From: Candidatus Kerfeldbacteria bacterium
GTDB lineage: Bacteria; Patescibacteriota; Patescibacteriia; UBA10025; JAHIVO01
Length of the DNA: 64,000 bases
Assembly: GCA_047946875.1 (NCBI GenBank)
Contig: CP181398.1
Span: forward strand, 777,041-841,040
Direction of reading: 5' to 3'
The translations under genes and the position numbers were made by a program. Under the pieces are notes generated by a model. The model was not told the origin of the DNA. It saw only the letters and a program-made list of their open reading frames with translations, and ran no database searches. Each line of letters starts with the position of its first letter. The stretch's first letter is position 1. Positions 11,301-18,948 of the stretch are shown here, piece by piece.

Positions 11301-14300
11301 TTGTAAAATTTGCCGGCAGTTGACATGCACTTCCTGGACCACCTAAACTACAAAATCCACCAGATGGATCACATATATTAGTAGTAGTATTACAACAACT
11401 CCCAAAACCTGCATCGATACAGTGACTATTATTACTACAACTGATGCCAAAATTTACCTCATTAGAATCACAATACAATGGTCCCGCAGGTTCAATCACA
11501 GAAATTCTAGTCTTGCCAGTAACAGCACCCAAAGGCACTGTAACATTATCAAAAGTTGTATCAAAACCTTGCCCAGTAATATCATTAATATATCCTCCAA
11601 CTCCGTCATCAAATCGAGCTATCGTTTGTGGTGTATTATTCAAAGTTAAATTATAACCATTATAGGTAATTGGGTTAGTCCCTTCATAAGCAGCTGCTGG
11701 AACAACATTACATAACCCAGGTAAACCCGTTATCGGTGGTTGCGCACCACTAGCACATAAGTTTGTTGCAGTAAACATTACTGTTGGCGCTTGTGCTGCA
11801 TTTGATAATCCATCGACTGTATTAATCCGTACACCATACAGACCTATAGCTGGTACATTTACAGTTGCGATTATTTCACTATCTGTCCAAGGATTAGCAC
11901 AATTGAAGATTCCAGGGTTCCCACCAAATTCCAGAACTCCAGTAATATTACCAAAATTACATCCAGTAATTGTTACTGTAGTACCAGTCGGACCAGAGTC
12001 AGGATTAAGTCCCCAACCAAGAGGTTGTATAGGTGGTAATGGAACCGTCAAATCACCCACCCAAGGAGTACATTTAAAAGTAGTCAAATCACAAGTACTA
12101 TGATTACCGTCAACAGGACAAGCGTTTTCACAATCAATATTATTAGTACAATCATTAATAGTTAACTCCCCTTGAATAGACGCATTACCGGGACCAATAA
12201 TATCCTGAGCCGACGCCTCAACGAATACTGGGGTTCCGTCGGTATTAACGTCAGTATGAATAACCGCATTATTACCACCTGGATTTGGAGGAACGATTGG
12301 GATTGTGGCACGTGCAGGACGTGGCGGTGCTGGATCAACTACCGTCCAAGTCCAATCAAATCCAATTGGATTCAATACTTGTCCAGCTAAGTTACAAGAA
12401 TCAGGAAAACCAACCGCAGAACCTATATAATTTAAATTTAGATTAATTTGTCTTGTAATAGGTATGCCAGGATTCATAACAACATTATCTATCTCACAAA
12501 CAGTCGGATCAATCCTTGTTTTGAATGTCCATGAATATGCATCAAGAGTTCCATCATCACTATCATCGAAATTCAAACCCCCTAAGCTACTTCCAGGGAT
12601 AGCATTAATTTCTATCCCTTTCATTAAAACAACTCTATAATATGTATTTGGTGCAAGATTAGCATTAGGACTAATATCGATATTAGTAAAAGTAGTGAAA
12701 ATACTAGTTGGATTATTACCTATCTGAGCTAAGCCAGTTACAAAGCTACAACTAGAATCTGTACAACTATATAATTTTACATTAGCAGCATTAATAGAAG
12801 CTGTGACGTCATAACTTACGTCAGCCTGAATCATCGCATTAACACAAGCGCTATCACAAACAGGACTTCTATTAATGACGACTGGATGGTTTGGAGGAAT
12901 AGGCATAACTGTAAAATCTACTGGATTACTGGCCCCAGCATTATTTATGATGGTTACAGCATTAAGTCCAAAAGTTGCAATATTAGGAGCAATACTTGGC
13001 ACCTCTGTGCTAATAAAATTATCAACCCAAGAATTAATTGGAGCGTCATTTGCATCAAAATTTACTACTTGAGTCACATTATGAGGATCAAATCTTATAC
13101 CTGATAAACTCACCGTCGTACCATGATAACCACTAGCTGGATTTATCCCCCAAATACAAGGTCCACCTGAAATATTAGGATCACTAACATAATAATAAGC
13201 ACCAAGATTATCAGACGTAGCCACCCCAAAGGCTGGATCAATATAAGAAATCTCAATTTGTGGCTTCGGTCTCTCAAACTGCACAAACGGTGCAGGAATC
13301 GTACTTGTTAGATTTGTAGCTGTAACCCCGCCAACTATACCAGGAGTAATTGGTGCTGGTGGTGGTGGTATAATATTGTGATCAGTAAATTCGAAATTTG
13401 TAATTGTTGCTGGATGCGCTGTTGTACCTTGAAAACAAGAACCAACTACTGTAATACACTGTTCTCGTAATCCACTACCTGGGGCAATATGTGATATATA
13501 TGGAGCACACTCACAAAGATCTGGAGTAGTTACTGAAAAACTCCAATCATATAGCAATGGATTTAAATCTTTATCTATTGGTTTATTTGTAATGACATGC
13601 ACCGTGTAATCTACTCCGGAAACTAATGGTACTGGATTAAGGGCGGCATCTGCTGGATGAAATTGAAATACTCTAAAATGATTATTTATCACATTACCAG
13701 CCACAGATAAATCCACGTCATCAATTATTTCTATATAACCACCAATACCATAAATAGCATATGGACCAGCTGGTGGACGAGTAGAGGCGTCTATCATGGC
13801 CTCAAAATGATCTCCATTAGAACCATCTATCATAATAGTAACTTCATCATAATACATGCTTGTATTGAAAGGTACGGTAATAACAATATCAGGACAGACT
13901 AATAAATCACCAGGAGCTGGATTTACTAGTCCCACGCCAGGAACCAAATCATTAGTTTGAAATTCCCAAGGCAGATAAGCAACCATGTCATTGCCACACA
14001 AATCTTGTACTCCTGATACTGTTACTCGATACCATGTAAATGGCTCCAAAACTAATCCAGCATCAAGATGAACACTAAAACCTTGTGGCGTAATATAAAC
14101 ATTAAGATCAGTAGTATTATTTACTGTACTATCTACAGCACCAAGCTGACCATCTAATTGCTCAAGTACAAAATTTGCTACTATTGGATGCCCAGGATTC
14201 ATTGAATCATCTATAGTCGTCGCATCTATTGCTTCATTAAAATTTATACTAAATATTGGGACTCTAGTTACATCTCTGTCTTCATAACTTGGACTTGCCT

Positions 14301-15252
14301 GATCAGACAATGGATATGTAGAAACAATTTCGGGATCAACATCATCTACTGTAGTACCTACTTCAAACTGCCAATAATATGCATCATCAGTAGCTCCTGT
14401 TAGCGGATGATCATCTAAAATAGCGCCAGCTAAAGCATCAGCCAATGGATTAGACTTATTATCAGTTACTGATATAGGTATCCATAATCTGTAATTAGTA
14501 TTTTGAACAAGACTGCCAAATAAAGTATCATCATGCTTCAAAGTAAAACCATTATTGAATGTTACTAATTCAAGCGGGGTTAGAAAAGGTGTGGCAGGAG
14601 GGCTAGGATAATGCCATCCACTCCAAATACCTGAGCCTTGTGGCAGAGTTTCTTCTTCAATATATATTAAGTCAGAATTGTCACCAGCAAATACGGCTGC
14701 AAAAGTAGCTGGATCAATTTTATTATTAAACACAGACTGTAACCTACTACACATAGTTACATCCACAGCCCAATCAGTTCCAGAAGCAACACTTGTCTGA
14801 GTATAATTCCAAGTAAACTCATATGGTGGGAAAACACTACTAGAACCACTACCCGTACCAGGACCACCAGTAACTTTATTAGCTGTATCAACTATAAAGG
14901 AAACAATAGCCCAAGATAATAAAACAATCACCAAGCCAATAGCAGCTTGGGTAATAATTTTCTTAGCTTTGGCAATTTTATCTTCGTTACCAGCTGCAGT
15001 CATCCAAATAAATCCACCGTAAATCATCATTATAACCGCCACTAAACCAAGGAATCCTAAAGCCCACTGTATGATATTAATGATTGTTGACTCTAAATCT
15101 GCCGTACCTAAACTCAATGTAGTACCAATATTTGGGTCTACGGTCACAGCATATACCTGACTTGCAACAAGTAATCCACCAGCAATCAAAATGAATACAA
15201 ACAAACCTGTGAATATTCCAAAAAATATATTTTTTTTATTTCGTACCCCCAT
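5308..15252 (-). CDS. 3314-aa giant surface protein: signal peptide, TrbC/VirB2-like pilin, Ig-like and IPT/TIG repeats, Cys-rich segments, GspG/type IV pilin-like segment, Ig repeats, two Asp-box beta-propellers
   Basis: VYA cleavage site then IINIIQWALGFLGLVAVIMMIYGGFIWMTAAGNEDKIAKAKKIITQAAIGLVIVLLSWAI (two-helix pilin pattern); P-x-SG-x-x-GT-x-V-x-I/L-x-G IPT motifs; RDMKRVSDL..Y...G.FP..DP segment; repeated S-x-D-x-G-x-T-W boxes. Confidence 0.9.
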   Translation of the reverse strand: MGVRNKKNIFFGIFTGLFVFILIAGGLLVASQVYAVTVDPNIGTTLSLGTADLESTIINIIQWALGFLGLVAVIMMIYGGFIWMTAAGNEDKIAKAKKIITQAAIGLVIVLLSWAIVSFIVDTANKVTGGPGTGSGSSSVFPPYEFTWNYTQTSVASGTDWAVDVTMCSRLQSVFNNKIDPATFAAVFAGDNSDLIYIEEETLPQGSGIWSGWHYPSPPATPFLTPLELVTFNNGFTLKHDDTLFGSLVQNTNYRLWIPISVTDNKSNPLADALAGAILDDHPLTGATDDAYYWQFEVGTTVDDVDPEIVSTYPLSDQASPSYEDRDVTRVPIFSINFNEAIDATTIDDSMNPGHPIVANFVLEQLDGQLGAVDSTVNNTTDLNVYITPQGFSVHLDAGLVLEPFTWYRVTVSGVQDLCGNDMVAYLPWEFQTNDLVPGVGLVNPAPGDLLVCPDIVITVPFNTSMYYDEVTIMIDGSNGDHFEAMIDASTRPPAGPYAIYGIGGYIEIIDDVDLSVAGNVINNHFRVFQFHPADAALNPVPLVSGVDYTVHVITNKPIDKDLNPLLYDWSFSVTTPDLCECAPYISHIAPGSGLREQCITVVGSCFQGTTAHPATITNFEFTDHNIIPPPPAPITPGIVGGVTATNLTSTIPAPFVQFERPKPQIEISYIDPAFGVATSDNLGAYYYVSDPNISGGPCIWGINPASGYHGTTVSLSGIRFDPHNVTQVVNFDANDAPINSWVDNFISTEVPSIAPNIATFGLNAVTIINNAGASNPVDFTVMPIPPNHPVVINRSPVCDSACVNAMIQADVSYDVTASINAANVKLYSCTDSSCSFVTGLAQIGNNPTSIFTTFTNIDISPNANLAPNTYYRVVLMKGIEINAIPGSSLGGLNFDDSDDGTLDAYSWTFKTRIDPTVCEIDNVVMNPGIPITRQINLNLNYIGSAVGFPDSCNLAGQVLNPIGFDWTWTVVDPAPPRPARATIPIVPPNPGGNNAVIHTDVNTDGTPVFVEASAQDIIGPGNASIQGELTINDCTNNIDCENACPVDGNHSTCDLTTFKCTPWVGDLTVPLPPIQPLGWGLNPDSGPTGTTVTITGCNFGNITGVLEFGGNPGIFNCANPWTDSEIIATVNVPAIGLYGVRINTVDGLSNAAQAPTVMFTATNLCASGAQPPITGLPGLCNVVPAAAYEGTNPITYNGYNLTLNNTPQTIARFDDGVGGYINDITGQGFDTTFDNVTVPLGAVTGKTRISVIEPAGPLYCDSNEVNFGISCSNNSHCIDAGFGSCCNTTTNICDPSGGFCSLGGPGSACQLPANFTSNGFCGAPAPLVTDNNYRCIDNSGNLDPDGNGDFDAPPKTITTIGVPANNSCITCCDPDVNNNNVLNEPNDQQISSTGLTCVANKGNCTNNQRGLYCGCDYDPSDPAPGDAQCGTEFCGKDTCCYNRPDVTSTIPADGAGNVCRNASISIYFAGAAIDPATVNDTNIILENGGVSIPFTASVSLAGDEIIISPTGLMDQTTNYDLYMKAGPEGVLSTQGIAMEPGPYFTSNVYPDPYLDFHISFTTGDIICQVDNLLVQSTILPLYTYDISDYGDLFTCAGDACLGDYVPVPGLAGNQHAYTAAPRDNNNQNLTIGSFTWTWTENDPIDIFTTTNPGPPNARYITSNNQNGAASLSIGVASTDYGSLTQNVSIRNILCESPWPNVSAGETLPFEDSVQYPKIDTITTNNNFDTNFSTWYCLDGGLPTLKLVIDTVVHEGTPSTIGVDELLKEFFFLRDLSDDAIGIRVYENEEGKSAREWYFNHFGSAAPAPQDIVVDGYNAIRSGRTVYVAAWNISGTGFDGAAQVGDALYPQLYLISYNEGASAETLSIYNALLANWKFTINDTDTNKEKMHRDMKRVSDLNDIYTGALEYKEINGEFPKLEGGTYIKNLTSSGWPSWSDKLGSSLGLSMPTDPYNIFDICLAPFNTSTCWDDTNQEYFCPSNSYTYQYIVSPDGKNVDLYGHLEYLIYGGFNTWNIGLAGVFDPCSSFTNADCNCFNYFKNVTGTITDRVGPQFDAVTLNTVAPVANIFNNVNGTQAVEVILTDLPIATATGVAKVEFYIDGQYKYTDDDPASWSWNFISNEYVDGNHSLLLKAYDNVGNWSNSPTYTLVINNSGVVNNPPFIDIISLADGQTITGTVPIDVVASDDGGIIGVEIHAFDSDGVETPCALHVFGGLSNPYSGTHLWDTVGDCTGPPIAPDTPNGIYTLIATATDNTTLVSTKTIFVKVENFDTTAPVVTIGNIPGTCSGVGPPCNQVTPCGAGIICQRKDVIDIDITVDDLNWIDYVQVFVDNIFRGNATHVANNQWTWEWDTLGYLNEEHDIRIDAYDMYGNIGSATITIPVDNEMNDKIAPTISFIHPPTPIYGTAVVGDIDIEVDANDNRGVQHVNFYIDYHRQFVDPLVPYSYAINTDVLTDGWHSIQAEAVDTAGNRSESIEILVNVRGNGGPQIIMPTVNPPTGGTGTDFCFRAEVTDADGIASVQAVLQNPDGISVISANNPVAMTDPDLDNIFEGVWTSDISNTSFYVDVIAEDNAGNISFYDNIPSVAGACGAPVCVPSVPLCGGIPACPPICTIVEDPDCACQDNNGCCPAGLGCTFATDNDCPPPAIPPIAADIMVGTHSGSTADIFLTNDGGSTWNNNFSAGGTSYPESFLNVGGVLFAGLQGSFGPGGGHVVLISNDGGLNWAVTPNPLGTSGDAEDLIFFGGKIYAATDEGIFTSSDLGTTWNLLTVFTTQVDALAQDGSDVYAGLLTGKVYRCVAGALPCIEVMDTGGGTISEILSFGSSIIVASQNGHIYESTNSGVTWTVTNMPTLAIYTLMENGGFVYAGGDSENFYRRSGIGTWTALGTVPAGALNIISSASDNNAMFIGTTSAAVYRSTDNGNNWIKLADLVNPANDVDFVFTLYAFGGAAPACVPTTPLCGGGCPLLCSVVQDPDCGCQDGNGCCPSGVGAPVCTFATDTDCPAAATFLAATGNVSGGIWGTNDSGATWTHIVDLPGQVYADSFVERLGSYYVGSSPDGNIYRSDNNGATWYDTANLTIGGFDAGNIDIILNHNNRLLAGTRPGGNIFYSDNGGASWNPSGDLAGAIRVWSIIDFGGDLWAGTQENGDMFYSLNDGITWFDDPGDLGVDVKRVDAVIEQNSNLIVGARFEDVASALNDQYGRIYLSPDHGISWNMQIDFGIYTMVSSIVLFNSDLFAAVGSGPATQIYRSNNDGVTWTNVGTASISSGVIEVLDGALYVYGSNGDVARSDDEGITWNLQGTIPGVGTIWDIIEL
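10918..15240. repeat. Direct repeat copy B (~4.3 kb, near-identical to 893..5215)
   Basis: See copy A. Similarity continues at lower identity through 10026..10917. Confidence 0.95.
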
Positions 15253-15298
15253 AATTATAATTAAAAATTTATTGACAAGCTATTTAAATTTCTAAAGT

Positions 15299-15739
15299 CT
15301 AACCCAACTCATCTTTGACAATCTGGGTCACCAGTTTACCGTCAGCCTGACCATTCAATTTAGCCATTGTCTGACCCATCACTGCCCCAAAATTCTTATT
15401 ATCACCCATTTTATCGATAATTTCTAAAACAATTTTTTTTACATCATCTTCAGACATCTGCTCTGGTAAATATTTTTCTATAATCTTCAATTCATCTTTT
15501 TCTTTTTGTGCCATTTCTTCTCGCCCACCTTTTGCAAAAGAATCCGCTGCTTCTTTTCGTCTTTTTGCTTGGTTGGACAATACTGACAAAACCTCATCAT
15601 CACCTAATTCTTTTTTCTTTAATTCAATAGACTTATTTTGCAATGCACTTTTTACCATACGCAAAACAGACACTTCTAATTCATTTTTCTGTGTCATGGC
15701 TTGTCTAATATCTTGTTCTATTTTGTTTTGCAAAGACAT
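15299..15739 (-). CDS. yqeY: GatB/YqeY domain-containing protein
   Basis: MSLQNKIEQDIRQAM..VLRMVKSAL..KRRKEA..F.KGGR..E..I.EKYLPEQMS..GAVMG..GQADGKLV; typical neighbour of rpsU. Confidence 0.92.
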   Translation of the reverse strand: MSLQNKIEQDIRQAMTQKNELEVSVLRMVKSALQNKSIELKKKELGDDEVLSVLSNQAKRRKEAADSFAKGGREEMAQKEKDELKIIEKYLPEQMSEDDVKKIVLEIIDKMGDNKNFGAVMGQTMAKLNGQADGKLVTQIVKDELG

Positions 15740-15770
15740 AGCTAATAAAAAGTTATGTTTTGTATAAAAA

Positions 15771-16058
15771 TTACTTTTTTATTCTTGCTTGAAGGAGTTT
15801 TTTTATTGTCCCTCTTTTATTAGGTCTTCTTGGATCAATAAAATCATCTAACTTACCGATCTTTCGAAGTAACTCTTTTTTATCTTTGATTAGAGTACGT
15901 CTAGCAGCATCTCCTTTTTTCTCCAATTTACTTTTTTTAATAGAGTAATATCTACCTTTTTTAGCCTGTAATAAAATACCACTTGATTGAACTCGTTTTG
16001 TAAATCTCCTTATTAAACTTTCGGCTGATTCACTGTCTTTCTTTTTTACTTCTACCAC
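15771..16058 (-). CDS. rpsU: 30S ribosomal protein S21 (CPR-type, extended C-terminus)
   Basis: VEVKKKDSESAESLIRRFTKRVQSSGIL..AK..RYY. The SD AAAGGAGG overlaps the track start at 16070, so the likely start is GTG at 16058. Confidence 0.85.
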   Translation of the reverse strand: MVEVKKKDSESAESLIRRFTKRVQSSGILLQAKKGRYYSIKKSKLEKKGDAARRTLIKDKKELLRKIGKLDDFIDPRRPNKRGTIKKLLQARIKK

Positions 16059-16107
16059 TTGAGAATACACCTCCTTTTCAATATTTTTTTAGTTATTTAA
16101 TATTAAT

Positions 16108-16137
16108 AATATACCACTTATTTAGCACTATTGTCAA
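16108..16137 (-). promoter_or_regulatory. Sigma70-type promoter for rpsU-yqeY
   Basis: TTGACA (16137-16132), 18 bp, TGG-TATATT (16113-16108). Confidence 0.6.
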
Positions 16138-16236
16138 TTAATGTTATTAATATATTAGAAAAAACAACAAATATATTGTTTAATAATATTCATTAGCTAA
16201 TGTTAGCAATTATTGTTCTTTTTTAAGCTGTCCGCC

Positions 16237-16279
16237 CCCGCCTACGTCGTCACTTTGGCGGGCAGGTCTAGAGGTCTGC
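16237..16279. mobile_element. REP-like GC-rich hairpin insertion (43 bp) in the 3' end of the HIT gene
   Basis: cccgcc-tacgtcgtcacttt-ggcggg-cagg plus 13 bp; removing it restores ...HIHFL-GGQLKKEQ-stop. Confidence 0.7.
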
Positions 16280-16591
16280 CAAAAAATGTATATGTAGATG
16301 CATTACTTCTTGCCCACAATCTTTACCAGTATTTACTACCAACTTATACCCTTTTTCATTTAATCCTAGATTATTTGCAATTTCTTTTGTCCCTAACATC
16401 ATATCTGACAACAACTTACTATCATCCATATCTAGATGTAACATCGATTTGATATGTTTTTTCGGTATAAACAAGTAATGAATCGGCGCCTTAGGAACAA
16501 TATCTTTGATTACTATAAAATTATCTCGATCTAAAATATATTCCGTGGGTATTTCTTTGTTTATTATTTTACAAAAAATGCAATCATCCAT
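16268..16591 (-). CDS. hinT: HIT (histidine triad) nucleotide-binding protein, C-terminus truncated by an insertion
   Basis: DCIFCKII..EIP, DI.PKAP.H.L.IPKKHI, GQEV.HLHIH triad. Confidence 0.92.
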   Translation of the reverse strand: MDDCIFCKIINKEIPTEYILDRDNFIVIKDIVPKAPIHYLFIPKKHIKSMLHLDMDDSKLLSDMMLGTKEIANNLGLNEKGYKLVVNTGKDCGQEVMHLHIHFLADL

Positions 16592-16603
16592 AATTAGCTC
16601 TAA

Positions 16604-18055
16604 TTATAACTTCTTTTCTTTTTTTTCATTTTTCTCCTTGACTCCATATTTCTCCAATCTTTTTTGTAACTCTGGGATTATCTTATCAAAATCTACAGTT
16701 TCTTGAATTCCGTTTTCCATATCTCTAATTAAGATTGTTCCATCTAATATTTCTTTTTGTCCGATAATAATCGTATACTTTGCATATTTTTTATTTGCTT
16801 GTTCCATCTGATTTTTCAATCCATCTTTAGAAAAATTTTCTGCAATTTTAAAACCTAATAATCTTAAATCCTCAAATAATTTTAAAGATTTTTTTCTAGC
16901 TTCATCACCTAGCTGAGCTACGAATAAATCAGGTTTCTGCTCCCCAGGAACTTTTATATCTCTATTTTTTAGCTCAATAACCAACCTCTCCACACCACAA
17001 GCAAACCCCATGGCAGGAGTTTCTTGACCGCCGAGTGCTTCTACTAATTGATTATACCGACCTCCTCCTCCAAGAGCGCTCTGTGAACCAGGTTTAGCTT
17101 TCTTATCTTCATGATCAGATTCTATATTTTCTTCCTCTTTTTTATCATCTTTCTTTTCTTCAGTTTTAACCAATTCATTTTTTTCTTCCGTCTTTTCTAT
17201 CTCAACCGTATTATCTGGCCAAATTTCAAAAACTGTACCAGAATAATAATCCAAACCACGTACTAAACGTGAATTCAAAACATAAGGGACCTCCATACTA
17301 TCAAGATGCTCTAATACTTTAACGAAATGCTGATTTGAATCTTCATCTAAATAATCAATAATTTGCGGCGCATCTTGAGATAGCAATTTACAATCTTCTT
17401 CTTTACAATCCAGTAATCGTAAAGTATTTTTTGTCATTCTTTTTTTACAGTCTTCACACAATGAATTTTTTCGTGAACGATAATAATCCAATAAAGCTTT
17501 TCTATATACTTCTCTACTCTCAACAGACCCAATACTATTGACCTGCAATGATACTGGTAAACCAAGTTCTTTATATAAATTAAAAGACATCATCATGAGC
17601 TGTGCATCAACGACTGGATGATTCTCTCCAATAACTTCAAATCCAAACTGATGAAATTGTCTATATCGGCCAGCTTGTGGTCGATCATACCTAAAAAACG
17701 GCCCATAATAAAACAATTTAACGGGTTGTGGTCTATTTAGCATCCCGTGTTCTATATAAGCTCTAACTACACCAGCCGTCCCTTCTGGACGAAGTGATAT
17801 TGAATCGCCTCCCCTATCTTCAAATGTATACATTTCCTTTTCAACAATATCTGTCTCTTTACCCACCGATCTTACAAATAAAGATGTATCTTCTAATATA
17901 GGCATATCGATACGTCCATAACTATAAACATTAGCAATCTCCTCAACTTTATTTCTAATATAAATCCAATACTTCTGATCCTCAGGTAAGATATCTTTCA
18001 TCCCTCTTAATTTCTGCAATGATTTTTTTAATTTTACTGGTGCTTTTGTTGGCAT
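16604..18055 (-). CDS. hisS: Histidine--tRNA ligase
   Basis: RGMKDILP, KEMYTF.D..G..LRPEGTA, FRYDRPQAGRYRQFHQ, LVRGLDYY, GGGGRY, GFA.GVERL. Confidence 0.98.
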   Translation of the reverse strand: MPTKAPVKLKKSLQKLRGMKDILPEDQKYWIYIRNKVEEIANVYSYGRIDMPILEDTSLFVRSVGKETDIVEKEMYTFEDRGGDSISLRPEGTAGVVRAYIEHGMLNRPQPVKLFYYGPFFRYDRPQAGRYRQFHQFGFEVIGENHPVVDAQLMMMSFNLYKELGLPVSLQVNSIGSVESREVYRKALLDYYRSRKNSLCEDCKKRMTKNTLRLLDCKEEDCKLLSQDAPQIIDYLDEDSNQHFVKVLEHLDSMEVPYVLNSRLVRGLDYYSGTVFEIWPDNTVEIEKTEEKNELVKTEEKKDDKKEEENIESDHEDKKAKPGSQSALGGGGRYNQLVEALGGQETPAMGFACGVERLVIELKNRDIKVPGEQKPDLFVAQLGDEARKKSLKLFEDLRLLGFKIAENFSKDGLKNQMEQANKKYAKYTIIIGQKEILDGTILIRDMENGIQETVDFDKIIPELQKRLEKYGVKEKNEKKEKKL

Positions 18056-18057
18056 AG

Positions 18058-18708
18058 TTAATTTGTTATTAAATTATATTCTGGGGCTGAGAAACTACTA
18101 AATTGATCAAATGGCCATACTCTCAACCAAGCTCGCCCAATTATATTATCTCCATTTAGAGGTCCAAAACTTCTAGAATCTAAACTCACTGGCCTATTAT
18201 CCCCCATTAAATAATATTCTTCCTCGCCTATTTCTTCTTTTTTATAACCCGATGTTATCATACCATCTTTTAAATAACTTTCAGATAATAAAAATCCATT
18301 AATGTTTTCATTATTATGAATAATAATATCACCATCCTTAATCTCAACAGTTTCACCAGGTAAACCTATGATTCTTTTAATTAAATAATCAGATTTTTTT
18401 TCTGGAACTTTTACTACTACAACATCCCCACGTTCTGGATCAGTAAAACGATAAGTTATTTCATCAACAATTAAATACTCATTATCATAATAATTTGGCT
18501 CCATGGATGCTCCTCGAACATAAAAAGGTTGAAACAAAAAATATCTAATTGGTATTATTACCACTAGTGCTATCAAAACTATTTTAACCAATTCTATAAT
18601 AAAACCTTTTGGAGATTTAGCAAAAGATGGAATATCATCATTTTGATTATCTTTATTATCATTCTCACTCTTCTTATTTTGATTTACTGATTTGTCCGTT
18701 TGTTTCAT
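18058..18708 (-). CDS. lepB: Signal peptidase I
   Basis: TM segment, PFYVRGASMEP (catalytic Ser), IKRIIGLPGE (catalytic Lys), MGDNR..S.DSR.FG. Confidence 0.96.
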   Translation of the reverse strand: MKQTDKSVNQNKKSENDNKDNQNDDIPSFAKSPKGFIIELVKIVLIALVVIIPIRYFLFQPFYVRGASMEPNYYDNEYLIVDEITYRFTDPERGDVVVVKVPEKKSDYLIKRIIGLPGETVEIKDGDIIIHNNENINGFLLSESYLKDGMITSGYKKEEIGEEEYYLMGDNRPVSLDSRSFGPLNGDNIIGRAWLRVWPFDQFSSFSAPEYNLITN

Positions 18709-18749
18709 AAAATTTTTTTAGTATCGATTGTTTATTTTTATTTGGTGAA

Positions 18750-18806
18750 TGGTGGGTTCGAGAGGAGTTGCCCCGCAGTGCGGGATCCCGTTCGCGAGAA
18801 ACCTCT
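18750..18806 (-). repeat. Duplicated 3' end of tRNA-Val(GAC) (att-like relic) split by a 29-bp double hairpin
   Basis: 18750..18770 equals 18852..18872; after ccccgcagtgcgggatcccgttcgcgaga the match resumes with aacctct. Confidence 0.8.
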
Positions 18807-18851
18807 AAATTATGTTATCTCTTTCAAATGATTTTATAAAGTTTTCTAAGC

Positions 18852-18928
18852 TGGTGGGTTCGAGAGGAGTTGAACCTCTGACCTCCACAATGTCAATGTG
18901 GCGCTCTAACCAACTGAGCTACGAACCC
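18852..18928 (-). tRNA. tRNA-Val(GAC)
   Basis: GGGTTCG-TAGCTCAGTTGGTTAGAGC-G-CCACA-TT-GAC-AT-TGTGG-AGGTC-AGAGG-TTCAACT-CCTCT-CGAACCC-ACCA; full cloverleaf with encoded CCA. Confidence 0.97.
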
Positions 18929-18948
18929 AATATAAATAGTCCTATGAA

